A stretch of DNA of 47,478 nucleotides from a candidate division WWE3 bacterium GW2011_GWB1_41_6 (GTDB taxonomy: Bacteria; Patescibacteriota; WWE3; UBA101185; UBA10185). This document shows, in pieces, positions 1 to 7,709 of the stretch; position 1 is the stretch's first letter; the number at the start of each line of letters is the position of its first letter. The stretch is taken from NCBI GenBank assembly GCA_000997355.1, contig LCBS01000004.1:1-47478 (forward strand). Direction: 5' to 3'. The notes under the pieces were generated by a model. It did not search any database. It was given only the letters and a program-made list of their open reading frames with translations, and was not told the origin of the DNA. The position numbers and the translations under genes are program-made.

Positions 1-840
1 TTAGTATATTCGTACGAACCCTCAATATCCGAAAACGGGAGGTACGTGGCATTCACGTCGTTCACTTCGAACGTTGAAGCAGAAGACGCAAGTGGTCAGG
101 ATAGTAATATTTACGTCCATGATCTTGAAACAGGTGAGACGACCATCGCCTCAGTATCTTCAACCGGTGAGCAGGGAAACGGTTATTCCGGTTTGTCGTC
201 GATAAATGCCGATGGACGTTTCGTCGCTTTTGTATCGACCTCAAGTAATTTAGGTGGCATTGGGTCAAGTGGTCTCTACGCCTACGTACACGACCGGTTG
301 ACTGGAGATACAACTCTCGTTTCCAGATCGAGCACCGGAGAGGCGGGAGAGGTTTACCCGGCACAGCCAGACATGTCCGGAAACGGCCGCTACGTTGCGT
401 TCGTATCGGGTGCGAGTAATCTTGTCATGCCCGACACAAACGGCACTAACGATGTGTTCGTACACGACACGCAGACCGACATCACTACAAGGGTTTCGGT
501 ATCCTCAACCGGTGAACAGGGTAACGGTGTGTCATGGGAGCCGTCGCTGAATTACGACGGCACGATCGTGGCGTTCGTATCCACAGCTTCCAATCTGGTT
601 CCGAAGGACACAAACCAAATCAGTGATATCTTTGTTCACAACCTGGTAACAGGCGTAACAGAACGTGTGAACATGTCTTATACTGATCTGCAAAGTGAGG
701 GGCAGGCGGATAGCTTCTCGGACTTCACCTCGATCTCGGGCGACGGGAGGTTCGTTGCATTTAGTTCCCAGGCCAGCAACCTCGTCGAGGGCGACAATAA
801 CGGGGTGTACGATATTTTCGTCCACGACAGGGAGAAGTGA
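1..840 (+). CDS. PD40/TolB-like beta-propeller repeat protein, C-terminal part (5-prime end lies upstream of the window)
   Basis: Frame 1 is open from nt 1. LVYSYEPSISENGRYVAFTS precedes the first ATG at 46 and already matches the repeat. There are five ~47-aa repeats of the form SSTGEQGNG..S..PS...DGR(F/Y)VAF.S.ASNLV..DTNG..D(I/V)FVHD..TG.T..VS, typical of PD40 (TolB-type) blades. Stop TGA at 838-840. Confidence 0.8.
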   Translation, partial: LVYSYEPSISENGRYVAFTSFTSNVEAEDASGQDSNIYVHDLETGETTIASVSSTGEQGNGYSGLSSINADGRFVAFVSTSSNLGGIGSSGLYAYVHDRLTGDTTLVSRSSTGEAGEVYPAQPDMSGNGRYVAFVSGASNLVMPDTNGTNDVFVHDTQTDITTRVSVSSTGEQGNGVSWEPSLNYDGTIVAFVSTASNLVPKDTNQISDIFVHNLVTGVTERVNMSYTDLQSEGQADSFSDFTSISGDGRFVAFSSQASNLVEGDNNGVYDIFVHDREK

Positions 841-873
841 CAGCGGAAAAGTAATAGTAGTTTTTGATCTGTA

Positions 874-912
874 AGAGTTATTCCAGTAAATAAAATGGAA
901 TAGCTCTTTTTT
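874..912 (+). terminator. Rho-independent terminator after the PD40 gene
   Basis: 12-bp stem agagttattcca (874-885) / tggaatagctct (896-907) with one G-U pair and a 10-nt loop, followed by TTTTT (908-912). Confidence 0.6.
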
Positions 913-924
913 AACTTTAGTAGT

Positions 925-1650
925 TTACTTTAGACTCTCGTACATTCCAATACTTGCGGCCACATGTAAGTTCAGCGAATCGATATTTTTTGAATGAGGG
1001 ATGTATACACTTGTTCCGATATTGCTGAAATTGGAGGAAAGTCCGCTTGATTCTTTACCAAATATCAAAGTAAACGGTTTATTAAATGTGATATCTTTTA
1101 ATTTATTTTTGCCGTGTAGTACGAATGGATATAAGTTATGGCCGGTAAATCTCTTTACATACTGGTCAAAGCTGTCAAAATATTCAAATTTCAGGTCAAA
1201 AACGCTACCCATTGATGCACGGACGACTTTAGGATCAAAGGCGTCAACGGCGGGGCGGATAACAGCGAGATCGTTAAAGTCAAAACCAACCATACTTCTG
1301 ATTATTGTTCCAAGATTGCCGGGATTACTTGGATTCATTAATAACACGTGATTAGCATTTGGTACGACGCTTGTCCTATATTTCTTAAAAACTCCTATCG
1401 CGTAGGTATTTTCTTTTGCAGATATCCTATCAATTGCTTTTGATGCAATCTCAAATTTAATACTATGCTTTCGGCAAAGTTCTTTTAATGCTCTCCCTCC
1501 GTCGCTTTTCTCACCGTCCGAATGTATTAAAACTAAACGTACTATTTCCGGCTTTTTTAGCAACAACTCAATAGTCGGTGAAACACCAAATGTATAGGAA
1601 AAATCATATTTTTTATCGTATTTTTTAAGTTTCATATGTTTCTTGTTCAA
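925..1650 (-). CDS. SpoU/TrmH-family RNA 2-prime-O-methyltransferase
   Basis: 241-aa ORF with SPOUT motifs NPGNLGTIIRSMVGFDF, LIFGKESSGLS and IPHSKNIDSLNLHVAASIGMYE. An N-terminal substrate-binding-like region is present. Confidence 0.85.
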   Translation of the reverse strand: MNKKHMKLKKYDKKYDFSYTFGVSPTIELLLKKPEIVRLVLIHSDGEKSDGGRALKELCRKHSIKFEIASKAIDRISAKENTYAIGVFKKYRTSVVPNANHVLLMNPSNPGNLGTIIRSMVGFDFNDLAVIRPAVDAFDPKVVRASMGSVFDLKFEYFDSFDQYVKRFTGHNLYPFVLHGKNKLKDITFNKPFTLIFGKESSGLSSNFSNIGTSVYIPHSKNIDSLNLHVAASIGMYESLK

Positions 1651-1782
1651 TACGATTATATCAGAGCATAGCTATAAGTTAACGGATTTGAATTGAGATA
1701 GAAGTCATTTTCGCCACAATTAACTTTATTCGTACCCAACTGAAAGTGTATAATACGCAAAAACAGATAGGAGGAAAGAGGC

Positions 1783-2268
1783 ATGGTTAAGAAAACGACA
1801 TTTTTCGACCTGGTACCAAATGACTATGCGGTGTTCTCGGGTGAAGATTTAGCGACTCTGCTTACGTTTGCACAGGCTGAGAGCGATTGGGAGGATAGAG
1901 TCAAAAATTTAGCTTACACGAAAGTATCTATACAGTATCTTTGGTATATACTGTCTACTCTAAAGAAACTGCACGGCAAAAGGGTTTTTAACAAGGTAAC
2001 AAGGTTACGCTATTGGGACGTTTCCCTGATCATGGTCGACACCAAATACTTAACTGATGTGGAACTTATCAACGCACTGAATATAGTGAAAAAACAATTG
2101 ACCTCGTATGGCATTTTACCCGAAAACGACCCCTACGCCCGCCAAATCATCAGTTCTATCCTATATGGTCTGATGGGTCTGCATAGGGAAATGAATTACA
2201 AAATCCAGACCAGGACCAGAACTCCGGGATGGGAAGATATAAGCCCTGAAATGGACCTGTATCGATAG
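1783..2268 (+). CDS. hypothetical protein
   Basis: 161-aa ORF with a strong SD (AGGAGGAAAGAGGC) directly upstream of the ATG, followed by a good terminator. No family recognised. Confidence 0.6.
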   Translation: MVKKTTFFDLVPNDYAVFSGEDLATLLTFAQAESDWEDRVKNLAYTKVSIQYLWYILSTLKKLHGKRVFNKVTRLRYWDVSLIMVDTKYLTDVELINALNIVKKQLTSYGILPENDPYARQIISSILYGLMGLHREMNYKIQTRTRTPGWEDISPEMDLYR

Positions 2269-2290
2269 GTCAAGGCCAGTTCATCTGTAA

Positions 2291-2329
2291 AGCGCTTGTT
2301 TATTACCGAACAAGCGCTATTTTATTTTT
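2291..2329 (+). terminator. Rho-independent terminator
   Basis: Perfect 10-bp stem agcgcttgtt (2291-2300) / aacaagcgct (2309-2318) with an 8-nt loop, followed by a T-rich tract (attttattttt). Confidence 0.65.
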
Positions 2330-2618
2330 CTTTCTGTAATGATATAATCCCCATTGTTATGTGTAACGTAATGAATAAATCTCAACTTAATACTATCGGC
2401 GCAAAACCCTATAAAGCAGGGGAAGTCTTTGCACTTCAAAATATTCTGTTTGAGGAATTTACGCAGAACCATTAATTTTGTCCAGCTTAAAGGCCTCTAA
2501 ACAAGGCCATTTTTCATTTTACAAAATTTAAAAACCAACTTTAGAGGTCTCTATAGCTTCACAAAAAGAAGCTAGAACTAAAGTTCTTTGAGAATCTAAT
2601 CAGATAGGAGAGACAAAA

Positions 2619-3779
2619 ATGAGTCCAAAGTTGGTTTTTTACGTAATCCAGTTCCTTGAAGGTCTTGGTATGGGGTCGTTCTTCCCGATATACACACCCT
2701 GGCTGGAATTTCATGGAATGAACTTTCTGAGAATGGGGGTAGTGAACTTCTTTTACCATATTTCTACATCGGTATTCGATCCGTTCACGGGGCATATTGC
2801 TGACAAGTTTGGTAAAAGAAAAACGTTCATAATCGGGCAGATAATGTGGACGTCCACCCAGTATATCTATGGAGCCAGTACAAAAATGGGGGGCTTTTTT
2901 CTGGCTGAGGGTGTGGCGGCTGTAGGTCATTCCCTAAAGAGCGATGCCCTTGAAAGTTGGCTGCAAAACAGACTAGGTGAAGTCGAAGCAAGCCGGGTGA
3001 TGGGAAGGTCCAGAATGTTGTTCACGGTTGGGCAGATTTCAACAAGTATTCTGGCCGGATATATCTCAGCGGTATTTGGAATGAAAATAGCCTGGTTCGT
3101 GTCCGGAACCTTTTTCCTGATCGCAACGGTATTAGGAAGCGTAGTTCTCTTAAAAGCAGGGGATGACCTTGCGGAATATTCTGAACCCGACATGAACGAA
3201 CCCGATGCAAGTTTGAAACAAATCTTTTCGCTTGCGGTTAAAAATAGGAAAATCGTGGGGGCTACTTCCTTGATTGTTGCATATAGTTTCGCAAGCAAAC
3301 CTGTATTCATGTACTGGCCTCAAATTGTGAAGTACCTTGGGATGCCCGAAGCTGAGCGTGGGTGGGCTATTTTGATGATCGCGATACCTACGATGTTCGG
3401 GGGACTGCTTGCCGGACATAACATGCTATTTACACGGAATAAGCGGGGGTTGTTGAGGATTCTCACACTGCTAGGTATAGGTATGGTCATCTCAGGATCA
3501 GCAAGTCAACTTTCAATGTTCTTCCTGGGGTTGATTCTGATCGAAGTTGCCTACGGCTCAGTGAATATTGTGATGTATGGACACTTATTTAATGAGATAC
3601 ATCCCAGGCATAGGTCGACCGTAAACTCAATGATAAGCGCTACGCGTACATTAGGCGGAGCTGCCTCTCTATTGATTATGGGAAAACTTGCAGATGTGTA
3701 CTCGCCCCAAGTAACGCTGACTTTGGGAGGAATGCTGGTTCTGCTGACAACGGTTTTCTACGTTAGATCAAAAACTTAG
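2619..3779 (+). CDS. MFS transporter
   Basis: 386-aa ORF, about 12 predicted hydrophobic helices in two halves. The loop 2-3 motif GHIADKFGKRKTFIIG is typical of the major facilitator superfamily. SD AGGAGA lies upstream. Confidence 0.85.
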   Translation: MSPKLVFYVIQFLEGLGMGSFFPIYTPWLEFHGMNFLRMGVVNFFYHISTSVFDPFTGHIADKFGKRKTFIIGQIMWTSTQYIYGASTKMGGFFLAEGVAAVGHSLKSDALESWLQNRLGEVEASRVMGRSRMLFTVGQISTSILAGYISAVFGMKIAWFVSGTFFLIATVLGSVVLLKAGDDLAEYSEPDMNEPDASLKQIFSLAVKNRKIVGATSLIVAYSFASKPVFMYWPQIVKYLGMPEAERGWAILMIAIPTMFGGLLAGHNMLFTRNKRGLLRILTLLGIGMVISGSASQLSMFFLGLILIEVAYGSVNIVMYGHLFNEIHPRHRSTVNSMISATRTLGGAASLLIMGKLADVYSPQVTLTLGGMLVLLTTVFYVRSKT

Positions 3780-3790
3780 CTAATAAAATA

Positions 3791-3828
3791 CCCCTGTTAT
3801 TTCTTATATAACAGGGGTAACATTTTTT
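3791..3828. terminator. bidirectional hairpin terminator between convergent genes
   Basis: Perfect 10-bp stem cccctgttat (3791-3800) / ataacagggg (3808-3817) with a 7-nt loop. An A-tract lies upstream and TTTTTT downstream, so it can serve both the MFS gene (+) and 3827..4183 (-). Confidence 0.65.
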
Positions 3829-4183
3829 ACCATTTCTTTAGCTTGTTACCAGGAATCCACCAAAACACTGCAGGAAGTAACTTTCTGGAAAACCATATCC
3901 ACACTTTCAAATGTAGAGGTGTGAATTTTTTGTAAGCGAGTTCTCCGTGAAACATAGTCGTAGCACAGCCAAGTTTATTTGGGTTTAACCTACCCTTTGT
4001 TGCAGCGATCTTCATAGCCTCACCTGTCATTTTAGTGCCGCCCCAACCCCCGCCACAGTGGCGGACACATCCGCCGGGAGGGCAACCCAATCGTACTTTT
4101 CTTCTGTTATGTTTGGGTCCGTGCCAAACCTCTACTATTTGTACTGGTTTTTTGCTCACTGTTTTCTCTCCTTTGGTTAACAA
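3827..4183 (-). CDS. hypothetical Cys/Gly/Trp-rich basic protein
   Basis: 118-aa ORF containing LGCPPGGCVRHCGGGWGG and a Trp-rich C-terminus (VWIWFSRKLLPAVFWWIPGNKLKKW). It ends at the bidirectional terminator. No family recognised. Confidence 0.55.
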   Translation of the reverse strand: MLTKGEKTVSKKPVQIVEVWHGPKHNRRKVRLGCPPGGCVRHCGGGWGGTKMTGEAMKIAATKGRLNPNKLGCATTMFHGELAYKKFTPLHLKVWIWFSRKLLPAVFWWIPGNKLKKW

Positions 4184-4270
4184 TAGTTAATTTATTGATA
4201 TAACTATATGTATAACAATAGAGTTATTCTAGCTTGGAGCTGCCACAAATAAAAGAAGTTTAGAAAACCA

Positions 4271-4299
4271 TTGACGAGTTTCATTTGTAAGTTAATACT
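4271..4299 (+). promoter_or_regulatory. candidate sigma70-type promoter (orphan)
   Basis: TTGACG (4271-4276), 17-nt spacer, AATACT (4294-4299). No plus-strand ORF follows, only a terminator about 60 nt downstream. Confidence 0.25.
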
Positions 4300-4381
4300 T
4301 ACCTTAGTGTCCAATTATAAATGTCTAAAAATCAATAGACTATATCGTTTTTTATCGTAACCGCTACCAAGCGGTTTTTTT
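4300..4381 (+). ncRNA. candidate small RNA (~75-85 nt) between the orphan promoter and the orphan terminator
   Basis: It is bounded by the promoter-like element at 4271-4299 and the terminator at 4359-4381. The longest plus-strand ORF I found by eye between 4184 and 4360 is 14 codons. Its 5-prime end (cttaccttagtgtccaatt, 4298-4316) matches the 3-prime end of repeat copy B (5109-5127) at 17 of 19 positions. Confidence 0.25.
4359..4381 (+). terminator. orphan Rho-independent terminator
   Basis: Stem aaccgct (4359-4365) / agcggtt (4370-4376), ACCA loop, then a run of 7 T (4375-4381) and a second T-run at 4386-4392. No annotated plus-strand gene lies upstream. Confidence 0.6.
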
Positions 4382-4730
4382 ACGCTTTTTTTGGATACTT
4401 GATGAAGATAAGGACAATAGTATTAATTAACCTGAGGCTGGGTTCCCACCTTGTTAACGGAGAAGTTGATTATGCAGTACTACATTATTTGCATAGTTTA
4501 CTTCTCCGTGTCCTTTTATCAAAAGATATTTCATTTGAATATATTTTTCAGAGACTTGATGTAATAAAGTTGTATAAAAAGGGCAAAGCTAGGACGGGCT
4601 GTATTTGATAGATGGGAAGAATGAAAGCTTTCGCAGTCAGACTGGGTTCCCGTTTCTCATTTACATTCCACGATCCTAGCTTCTAATCCCTCTTTTCTTC
4701 TTATCCTTCTGGTCATCGTAAATTAGGGCC

Positions 4731-4800
4731 AAGGGTTTAGCAACTTTCGCCGCTAGTGGGGATTGTAGGGCAGTTAAGCTCTAGTTTTCCTTTACCTTAG
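4731..4800. repeat. non-coding repeat, copy A (70 nt)
   Basis: aagggtttagcaactttcgccgctagtggggattgtagggcagttaagctctagttttcctttaccttag. It differs from copy B by 3 substitutions and one 1-nt indel. Stop codons occur in all six frames across the unit. Confidence 0.85.
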
Positions 4801-4874
4801 ATCCTAAGATTCATTGGATTTGACTCCGCTGAAGTAGCTTTGAGTTACCTCTTAGCTATCTACGATTTTTGCTT

Positions 4875-4902
4875 ACTATCCTTTGCAGGTGTCACAAACT
4901 GA
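4875..4902. repeat. diverged partial copy of the repeat leader segment
   Basis: actatcctttgcaggtgtcacaaactga aligns with actatcctccaggtgtaacaactga (5021-5045), the sequence immediately 5-prime of copy B. A weaker match, ttatccttctggtcat, precedes copy A (4701-4716). Confidence 0.6.
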
Positions 4903-5049
4903 CTTCGCCGTTAAGCTAGGTCCGGATTTGGTTCTTCCAACGGATGGCCTGACGGTCATTCGCTTCAGTTTACCGACGAAAACTATGAATTTCTTCAATG
5001 CTTTCGATGCCTTTTTGTAAACTATCCTCCAGGTGTAACAACTGATCTT

Positions 5050-5118
5050 AAGGGTGTAGCAACTTTCGCTGCTAGTGGGGATCGTAGGGCAGTTAAGCTC
5101 TAGTTTCCTTTACCTTAG
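5050..5118. repeat. non-coding repeat, copy B (69 nt)
   Basis: aagggtgtagcaactttcgctgctagtggggatcgtagggcagttaagctctagtttcctttaccttag. It lies 319 nt downstream of copy A in direct orientation. Confidence 0.85.
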
Positions 5119-5459
5119 TGTTCAATTCCAAAGATTACCGTCGGCAACCGAAGTCGCTTTTGGCTCCCTGGGAGTGTCATTGAGTTTCCTCGCAGACTCT
5201 GTTACGTATTCTGTTGTCAAGAGAGACGTGGAGGTAAATATACTCGGTAATGAATTAATGTCAAGCTTTTACATATTTTATGTTATCGGATTTTATAATT
5301 ATACTGTGGTTGAAACTATATTAGGCGGTATCAGACTAAAAGATCTTTTATTAAAATACAATATTTGCACAAAATAATAGTTCAATTTTTATTTTTTGCT
5401 AATAAAATGTTTGAGTTTAACTGTTTCTTTTAACAAATTACAACCAAGCCTATAGCTCC

Positions 5460-5488
5460 TTGCAAAGTTTTGACATGTCTGCTATACT
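5460..5488 (+). promoter_or_regulatory. candidate sigma70-type promoter for the DEAD-box helicase gene
   Basis: TTGCAA (5460-5465), 17-nt spacer, TATACT (5483-5488). This would give a ~140-nt AT-rich leader before the start at 5632. Confidence 0.35.
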
Positions 5489-5631
5489 AACTCGTTAAAA
5501 GATAGCGCTATAAATCTGCTTGATATTAGTTTGTACGTTTAGCACAGATAAAAGATATCCAGAATTTCATTATAAATGTATCTTTTCACTAGCCTACTAC
5601 AATTTTAGGCAGTTTTATTGCGCTATTAAAT

Positions 5632-6846
5632 ATGTATATGAGAAACAGATATCAAAGAGGGGAACGAAGATCCAATTTTTCAAGATTCCCCAATAAAAAT
5701 AAGAATAACGCACAATACGCATGGTCTGAAAAAGACCTGGTAAAGTCTATCGAATACTCTAAAAAAAACCGCCGTTTTGAGCCTGAAACCAACTATACAC
5801 CAGTGAGTTGTTTTGACGATCTCCCAATAAACAGACAACTAAAAATAAATATTAAGAACAAAGGTTTTAAAACTGCAACTCCTATACAAGACCAGGCAAT
5901 ACCTCATATTCTAGAGGGAAAAGACTTGATCGGAATTGCGAACACTGGAACAGGTAAAACTGCTGCGTTCTTGATACCTTTATTAGATAAAACCTCAAAA
6001 GACCGCAACCAAAAAGTATTAATTGTTGCTCCTACCAGAGAACTTGCTGAACAAATTAGTAATGACATGAAAGCACTGTCTCAAAATATGCATATATACT
6101 CTGCACTGATAATCGGAGGGACAAGTATGTTCAAACAGATCCATGATCTGAAACGCGACCCGGAAATCGTTATAGGCACACCCGGAAGGTTAAAAGACCT
6201 TGTTAATAAGAAAATCCTTGACCTGTCACAATACAATAATGTAGTTCTTGATGAAACCGACAGAATGGTTGATATCGGCTTTGTAAACGAAATAAAATTC
6301 TTTATCTCCTTGCTTCCCAAACAAAGACAGTCATTGTTCTTCTCAGCCACTGTTTCAAAGAAAGTCCAGGACATATTGGCAGCCTTCGTTCACGATCCGA
6401 TAACAGTAAGTGTGAAGAAACATGATACCTGTGCAAATATCTACCAGGATATAGTACGCGTCTCAAAAAACCAACGAAAGGTTGACACATTGATCCAGCT
6501 TTTGACGCAAAAAGAGTTCAATAAAGTGATAGTTTTTGGAAATACCAAATGGGGAATCCAAAAGTTAACTGACGAACTTATACACAACGGTCTTAGAGCA
6601 GATGCTATTCACGGCGATAAAAGACAAAACCAAAGACAGTCTATACTTCAAAAGTTCAAGAGAAGTGAGATTAGTGTTCTCTTGGCAACAGATGTTGCTG
6701 CAAGAGGACTTGATATCAGCGATGTAAGCCACGTTATCAATTACGAACTTCCAATGTCCTACAATGACTACGTTCACAGAATCGGAAGAACCGGCAGGGC
6801 AGACAAGAACGGCATCGCTTTAACATTCGTAAGTGACTTCAATTAA
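5632..6846 (+). CDS. DEAD-box ATP-dependent RNA helicase (motif II variant DETD)
   Basis: Q motif TATPIQ, motif I ANTGTGKT, Ia PTRELA, II DETD, III SAT, V ARGLD, VI HRIGRTGR. It has a basic N-terminal extension. The start could also be the ATG at 5638. Confidence 0.93.
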   Translation: MYMRNRYQRGERRSNFSRFPNKNKNNAQYAWSEKDLVKSIEYSKKNRRFEPETNYTPVSCFDDLPINRQLKINIKNKGFKTATPIQDQAIPHILEGKDLIGIANTGTGKTAAFLIPLLDKTSKDRNQKVLIVAPTRELAEQISNDMKALSQNMHIYSALIIGGTSMFKQIHDLKRDPEIVIGTPGRLKDLVNKKILDLSQYNNVVLDETDRMVDIGFVNEIKFFISLLPKQRQSLFFSATVSKKVQDILAAFVHDPITVSVKKHDTCANIYQDIVRVSKNQRKVDTLIQLLTQKEFNKVIVFGNTKWGIQKLTDELIHNGLRADAIHGDKRQNQRQSILQKFKRSEISVLLATDVAARGLDISDVSHVINYELPMSYNDYVHRIGRTGRADKNGIALTFVSDFN

Positions 6847-7709
6847 AACAACCACTTGTAATAAGGGAGGCTGTAATACACTACCTCTCCGTTAAATTCC
6901 CGTTTATAATGTGAATACTCCTCCCATTTTTTGCTTAGATTTTTTAAACGGACATCACTGACCCCACCAAGGTCCATTTTCTTATAACCTAACGGGATAA
7001 AGTAGGGGATACAGTCATATAAGAGTTTATAACCACCCGTACTTTTTTGACCTAGTTCAGTCGTACCGCTATGCACACCCCAAACCCCACCACAATGACC
7101 AAGGAATAGTTTTGTTCCGAGAAGCCGGTCTTTTGAGTCAAAAACATTACATATGAAAGAATCAACCCCAAAAACATTTACTTTTTTTTGGATGTCCTTC
7201 AGACCGAGAATCGTAAACTTCTTTTTCTTTGCCCGTAATGACAATGTTTTATAAAAATCCAGCGTCTCGGCCGGTGTAGGGTTTCTGACTATTTCCGTAT
7301 AACACCCATCTCTGTTAGCTTTATTTATTGAGTACCTGCAGCTTCTGGTAAAAAGTGAAAATAGGTTTTCCGCTCCTAAAGACAAATCCAAAAACACGGT
7401 ATTCGGTATTAATTCTATTTGATTCGTCTGCTTATAACCACGATCTTCCAAAAAGCTGACATCTTGTTTATGATTAGGAGATATTTTTAATATATGTACA
7501 TCACTTCTACGGCAAATGTTTTCTATTTCCTCAAGATCCTTTGAGGATAACTCGGAGGGAATTTGAAGATTAGCCCTACAGGTTAAAAAGTTTCCATTAA
7601 TCCTTAATATAGAACCATTTCTAGTCTTAATGGACTTCCACCCGTATAATGCTAAATACTTGGACCAATTATCGGATTGTCGTATATCGGTTATTTCATT
7701 CAAGTACAA
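6843..7709 (-). CDS. FemAB-family (peptidoglycan interpeptide-bridge aminoacyltransferase-like) protein
   Basis: 288-aa ORF whose overall pattern resembles FemX/FemAB GNAT-fold proteins (CRYSINKANRDG, GHCGGVWGVHSGTT..G...GGYKLLY). The assignment is from memory of the family and needs HMM confirmation. Confidence 0.6.
   Translation of the reverse strand: MYLNEITDIRQSDNWSKYLALYGWKSIKTRNGSILRINGNFLTCRANLQIPSELSSKDLEEIENICRRSDVHILKISPNHKQDVSFLEDRGYKQTNQIELIPNTVFLDLSLGAENLFSLFTRSCRYSINKANRDGCYTEIVRNPTPAETLDFYKTLSLRAKKKKFTILGLKDIQKKVNVFGVDSFICNVFDSKDRLLGTKLFLGHCGGVWGVHSGTTELGQKSTGGYKLLYDCIPYFIPLGYKKMDLGGVSDVRLKNLSKKWEEYSHYKREFNGEVVYYSLPYYKWLF

Noticed and set aside
1033-1045. GGAGGAAAGTCCG on the plus strand, resembling the RNase P RNA P4 5-prime signature (GAGGAAAGTCCGG).
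   Set aside because: It lies inside, and antisense to, the well-supported SpoU methyltransferase CDS. I find none of the other RNase P conserved blocks nearby, such as the P4 3-prime strand ACAGAA.CCGGCTTA or the J11/12 GGTGAAA-type segments. It is most likely a chance 13-mer.
2359-2475. 38-aa ORF (MCNVMNKSQLNTIGAKPYKAGEVFALQNILFEEFTQNH) downstream of an extended -10-like TGATATAAT (2340-2348), followed by a weak hairpin near 2490-2515.
   Set aside because: There is no Shine-Dalgarno sequence, no hydrophobic or otherwise recognisable character, and a weak terminator. TATAAT-like strings are expected by chance in AT-rich DNA. More probably this is simply the promoter and leader region of the MFS gene.
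4399-4608. Track ORFs 4399..4608 (69 aa) and 5075..5377 (100 aa) inside the non-coding island.
   Set aside because: Neither has a ribosome-binding site and both have odd composition. 4399..4608 is spanned by the long hairpin at 4457-4509. 5075..5377 starts inside repeat copy B in a frame that is closed in copy A, so the conserved repeat is not being read as protein.
4975-4986. gac gaa aac tat (D-E-N-Y), reminiscent of the tmRNA tag ANDENYALAA, which raises the possibility that the island is ssrA.
   Set aside because: No frame gives a tag ending in a hydrophobic LAA-type terminus followed directly by stop codons. I also find no tRNA-Ala-like acceptor and T-arm (GGTTCGA.TCC ... CCACCA) on either strand.
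4731-5118. The two 70-nt repeats as a diversity-generating retroelement TR/VR pair.
   Set aside because: The differences (T/G, C/T, T/C and a 1-nt indel) are not adenine-specific. Neither copy lies at the 3-prime end of a CDS, and no reverse transcriptase gene is present in the window.
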